Assembly: GCA_049972095.1 (NCBI GenBank)
Contig: JBMFKQ010000018.1
Coordinates: 1 to 32,055 of the forward strand
Length of the DNA stretch: 32,055 nt
From: Elusimicrobiales bacterium
Lineage (GTDB): Bacteria; Elusimicrobiota; Elusimicrobia; Elusimicrobiales; UBA9959
Direction of reading: 5' to 3'
How positions within the stretch are numbered: the first letter of the stretch is position 1; each line of letters starts with the position of its first letter. Made by a program: the position numbers and the translations under genes. The notes under the pieces were generated by a model. The model saw only the letters and a program-made list of their open reading frames with translations, ran no database searches and had not been told where the DNA came from. Shown in pieces: positions 29,382 to 32,055 of this stretch.

Positions 29382-30233
29382 ATGAGATATCTTATAACCG
29401 GTGCTTCTGGTCAGCTTGCTTTAGAATTTGTAAAAAGACTTCCTTATAACGAAACATTTGCATTTGATCATTCAAAACTTGACATCTCTAATGAAAGGTC
29501 AATAAGGGAGTGTATAGATTATGTTAAGCCAGATGTTATAATAAACTGCGCTGCTTATAATTTGGTTGACAAGGCAGAGATAGATTATGAAAATGCTTAT
29601 AAGGTAAATGCAGTCTCTCTTAAATATATATCTGATGCCTGTCAGAAATATAAAACAACCATTGTTCATTTTAGTACGGATTATGTATTTGGTGATACAA
29701 AAGATACGCCATATAATGAGTATGATGAACCAAGACCACTTAATAAATACGGACTTTCAAAGCTTGAAGGTGAAAAGATTCTTTCCTCAAATACTCAAAA
29801 TTATCTTATATTTAGAGTTAGCTGGGTTTATGGTTATGGAAAGCAGAACTTCATCTACAAACTTTTAAGGTTGGTTAAGGAGAAAAAAGAGATTAGGATA
29901 TCTACTGATGAGGTATCTGTGCCGGTAGCAACAACTTTTATAGTTGAGAATGTTTTAAAGGCTTTGAGTTATGAGCTAAAAGGACTATGGCATCTTGTTC
30001 CATTGGGATGGAGTTCAAGGTATGATTTTGCAAAAAAGATTTTGGAGTTTTTAAATTTAGATGTTGAGTTAAAAAAAGCAAAACAATCTGATTTTAGCCT
30101 TTATGCCAAAAGACCCCATTTTTCAGCAATGGATTCATCAAGGATTCAAAAAGAATTTGGCTTAAGATTTGATATTTGGGAAAGATATCTTTATGATTTT
30201 TTAAAGTTAAATCCATTTAAGGAAATAGTGTAA
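29382..30233 (+). CDS. rmlD: dTDP-4-dehydrorhamnose reductase
   Basis: TGASGQLA, INCAAYNLVDKAE, HFSTDYVF, PLNKYGLSKLEGE, RVSWVY and AKRP. Confidence 0.95.
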   Translation: MRYLITGASGQLALEFVKRLPYNETFAFDHSKLDISNERSIRECIDYVKPDVIINCAAYNLVDKAEIDYENAYKVNAVSLKYISDACQKYKTTIVHFSTDYVFGDTKDTPYNEYDEPRPLNKYGLSKLEGEKILSSNTQNYLIFRVSWVYGYGKQNFIYKLLRLVKEKKEIRISTDEVSVPVATTFIVENVLKALSYELKGLWHLVPLGWSSRYDFAKKILEFLNLDVELKKAKQSDFSLYAKRPHFSAMDSSRIQKEFGLRFDIWERYLYDFLKLNPFKEIV

Positions 30234-30285
30234 TACTATATAATAGTTCTTAGTAGGTGCTTCCTTCCTTTTAATTTTGTTGAGC

Positions 30286-30317
30286 AAGCGGCTTTTAAAT
30301 AAAAAAGGCTTATTTTT
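30286..30317 (+). terminator. Terminator-like hairpin downstream of rmlD
   Basis: AAGC(GG)CTTTT...AAAAGGCTT followed by ATTTTT; an imperfect stem with a 2-nt bulge. Confidence 0.35.
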
Positions 30318-30506
30318 CATTCTTACTGTTTTTGTCAGTTTATTAATCTATTCACTTTGTTTTACATCACCTGTTGTTTTTATGGATTTTTTCTAAACAA
30401 AATTGAGGGGCTTATGCCCTCAAACTCTAAAATTTTTATATTTCCTTTGTGAGGATTTGAAAAGGTGCAAGCCCATTTTGAGTTTTAATTTTTATATAAT
30501 TAGATT

Positions 30507-31112
30507 ATGAAGAGAAAAATTTATTTATTAATGCTAATTATACCTTTATCTATTTCATTAGTGTTTTCTGCTACTAAAAAACAAGAAGAAAAATATACTT
30601 GGCATAATTCCACGATTGTTTATTTTAATCTACCATTTAAAAGAACGCTTAAGTTTCCGTCTAATAAAGGGAAAAACATCTACCCATGGGGGACTGGATT
30701 TAGGATAATAGAACCATATTCCAGAATAAGTAAGACATTCTCATTTGAGATAGAATATTCAAATATAGAAGCAGACAATACAATAGGTGATGATAACTTA
30801 TGGGTTCTAACGCTTAAATATGGTATAAGTTATAATCAGCAGCCCAAGGAAAGGCAAAAGTATTCTTTTACTTCATCAATTCTTGCAAACTTAGGATTTA
30901 TAAATGAAAAATTATTTTTTACACCGGAGTTCTTAGCAGGTATTATGTATTTTACAAATGATTACAATAGAGAATCCTGTGTTCTTTCTATGTTTTACAG
31001 ACCAATTGAAATAAATATTGGAAGGTTATCAGGATACAACAATGTTAGAATAAGTCCACAATTTGGAGTAAGAGTAGGATATCTTTTTGAGGGTTTTTGG
31101 GTAAAAGAATAG
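30507..31112 (+). CDS. Hypothetical exported protein, probably a small outer-membrane beta-barrel
   Basis: Signal peptide MKRKIYLLMLIIPLSISLVFSA. Alternating aromatic/hydrophobic strands (FSFEIEY, LTLKYGISY, FGVRVGYLF). Confidence 0.7.
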   Translation: MKRKIYLLMLIIPLSISLVFSATKKQEEKYTWHNSTIVYFNLPFKRTLKFPSNKGKNIYPWGTGFRIIEPYSRISKTFSFEIEYSNIEADNTIGDDNLWVLTLKYGISYNQQPKERQKYSFTSSILANLGFINEKLFFTPEFLAGIMYFTNDYNRESCVLSMFYRPIEINIGRLSGYNNVRISPQFGVRVGYLFEGFWVKE

Positions 31113-31229
31113 TTATAAATAATAAAGTTATAAAAATATGCAGTTAAATTTATGCTAACATAAAAGAAAAACATTAATTTTTATGCCAGATCCATTAAAA
31201 TACAAGGCAGAATTTTAAAAACTAACAAA

Positions 31230-32055
31230 ATGGTTCGTAAAATACAAGATTTTATTTTTATTAACAGTGAGTTTTTTGTATATCCTCTAATAAGAAAAAT
31301 AAAAACTCAAAAAGAATATAACAGATTATTTAAAAACTTTCTCTCACTTTCAGTTTTACAGGCTGCAAATTACATATTTCCATTGATTATATTTCCATAT
31401 TTAGTAAGGGTATTAGGCGTTGAAAAATTTGGCTTGATATCATTTGCACAGGCATTTATAATGTATTTTAATGTATTGGTTGACTATGGTTTTAATTTAA
31501 GTGCCACAAGGGAGATATCAATAAACCGTGATAACAAAGAGAAGATTTCAGAGATATTTAGCTCAGTTATGTTTATTAAATTTGGACTTATAATGATAAG
31601 CCTGATCTTACTTACCATAATAGTTTTTAGTTTTGAAAAATTTAGAGTGGATTGGCTTATTTATTATCTTACATTTGGAATAGTCATAGGTCAGGCTATG
31701 TTTCCAGTATGGCTTTTTCAAGGTTTAGAGGAGATGAGGTATATAACCTATGTAAATGTGATAGCAAAAGGAATATTTACTCTGGCTGTGTTTGTATTTG
31801 TGAGAAATATCTCAGATTACTATAAAGTTCCATTATTAAACTCAATTGGCTTTATAACAGCTGGCATAATCTCACTTGTAATGGTAAAGAAAAAGTTTGG
31901 AATTATATTTTCAAAATCATCATTAGTAACAATAAAAAACCAGCTAACAAATGGCTGGCATATATTTGTTTCAAACATTATGGGTATGTTGTATAGAAAT
32001 TCTAATTCCCTTTTGTTAGGTATTATCACAAATAATTTAATGGTTGGATATTATG
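31230..32055 (+). CDS. wzx: Wzx-type O-antigen/oligosaccharide flippase, truncated by the window end (not in the ORF track)
   Basis: Stop-free frame from the ATG at 31230 to the window end: NFLSLSVLQAANYIFPLIIFPYLVRVLGVEKFG...DYGFNLSATREIS...PVWLFQGLEEMRYIT...VGYY. The exact start is uncertain. Confidence 0.9.
   Translation, partial: MVRKIQDFIFINSEFFVYPLIRKIKTQKEYNRLFKNFLSLSVLQAANYIFPLIIFPYLVRVLGVEKFGLISFAQAFIMYFNVLVDYGFNLSATREISINRDNKEKISEIFSSVMFIKFGLIMISLILLTIIVFSFEKFRVDWLIYYLTFGIVIGQAMFPVWLFQGLEEMRYITYVNVIAKGIFTLAVFVFVRNISDYYKVPLLNSIGFITAGIISLVMVKKKFGIIFSKSSLVTIKNQLTNGWHIFVSNIMGMLYRNSNSLLLGIITNNLMVGYY

Noticed and set aside
31820..32029. 69-aa minus ORF at the window end, and similar short antisense ORFs in ftsH, tdh and the rml genes
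   Set aside because: Each lies opposite a well-supported gene (here wzx) and has no independent coding signal.

Overview
AT-rich (roughly one third G+C by eye) bacterial chromosomal window, densely coding and almost all on the + strand. It comes from a diderm organism. The PorV-like barrel, the Ser/Thr-rich FN3 protein with a YPNP C-terminal domain and the TPR-kinase suggest Elusimicrobiota or a similar lineage (inference only). Gene order: end of an Mrp/ApbC ATPase; a decayed IS end; gdhA; a 959-aa receiver + PPDK_N (ATP-grasp) protein; a squalene/phytoene synthase; a membrane protein; rlmB-hpt-ftsH-cdaA; a 28-aa CdaR-like transmembrane microprotein missing from the ORF track; a probably degenerate zincin-like protein; an M29 aminopeptidase; an NTT/TLC-like MFS transporter; a minus-strand pair of 10xFN3/ZU5-like/CTD surface protein and PorV-like barrel, divergent from a TPR-TM-Ser/Thr receptor-type kinase; tdh; a TPR lipoprotein; then a surface-polysaccharide cluster (rmlA-rmlC-rmlB-gmd-manC-rmlD, an exported beta-rich protein, and a truncated wzx flippase also missing from the track). 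I saw no rRNA, tRNA or CRISPR array. The most interesting candidates are (1) the gdhA-linked receiver/dikinase-like protein, (2) the T9SS-like cargo + PorV pair facing a receptor kinase, and (3) the CdaA + mini-CdaR arrangement. All family assignments come from reading motifs by eye, not from database searches.
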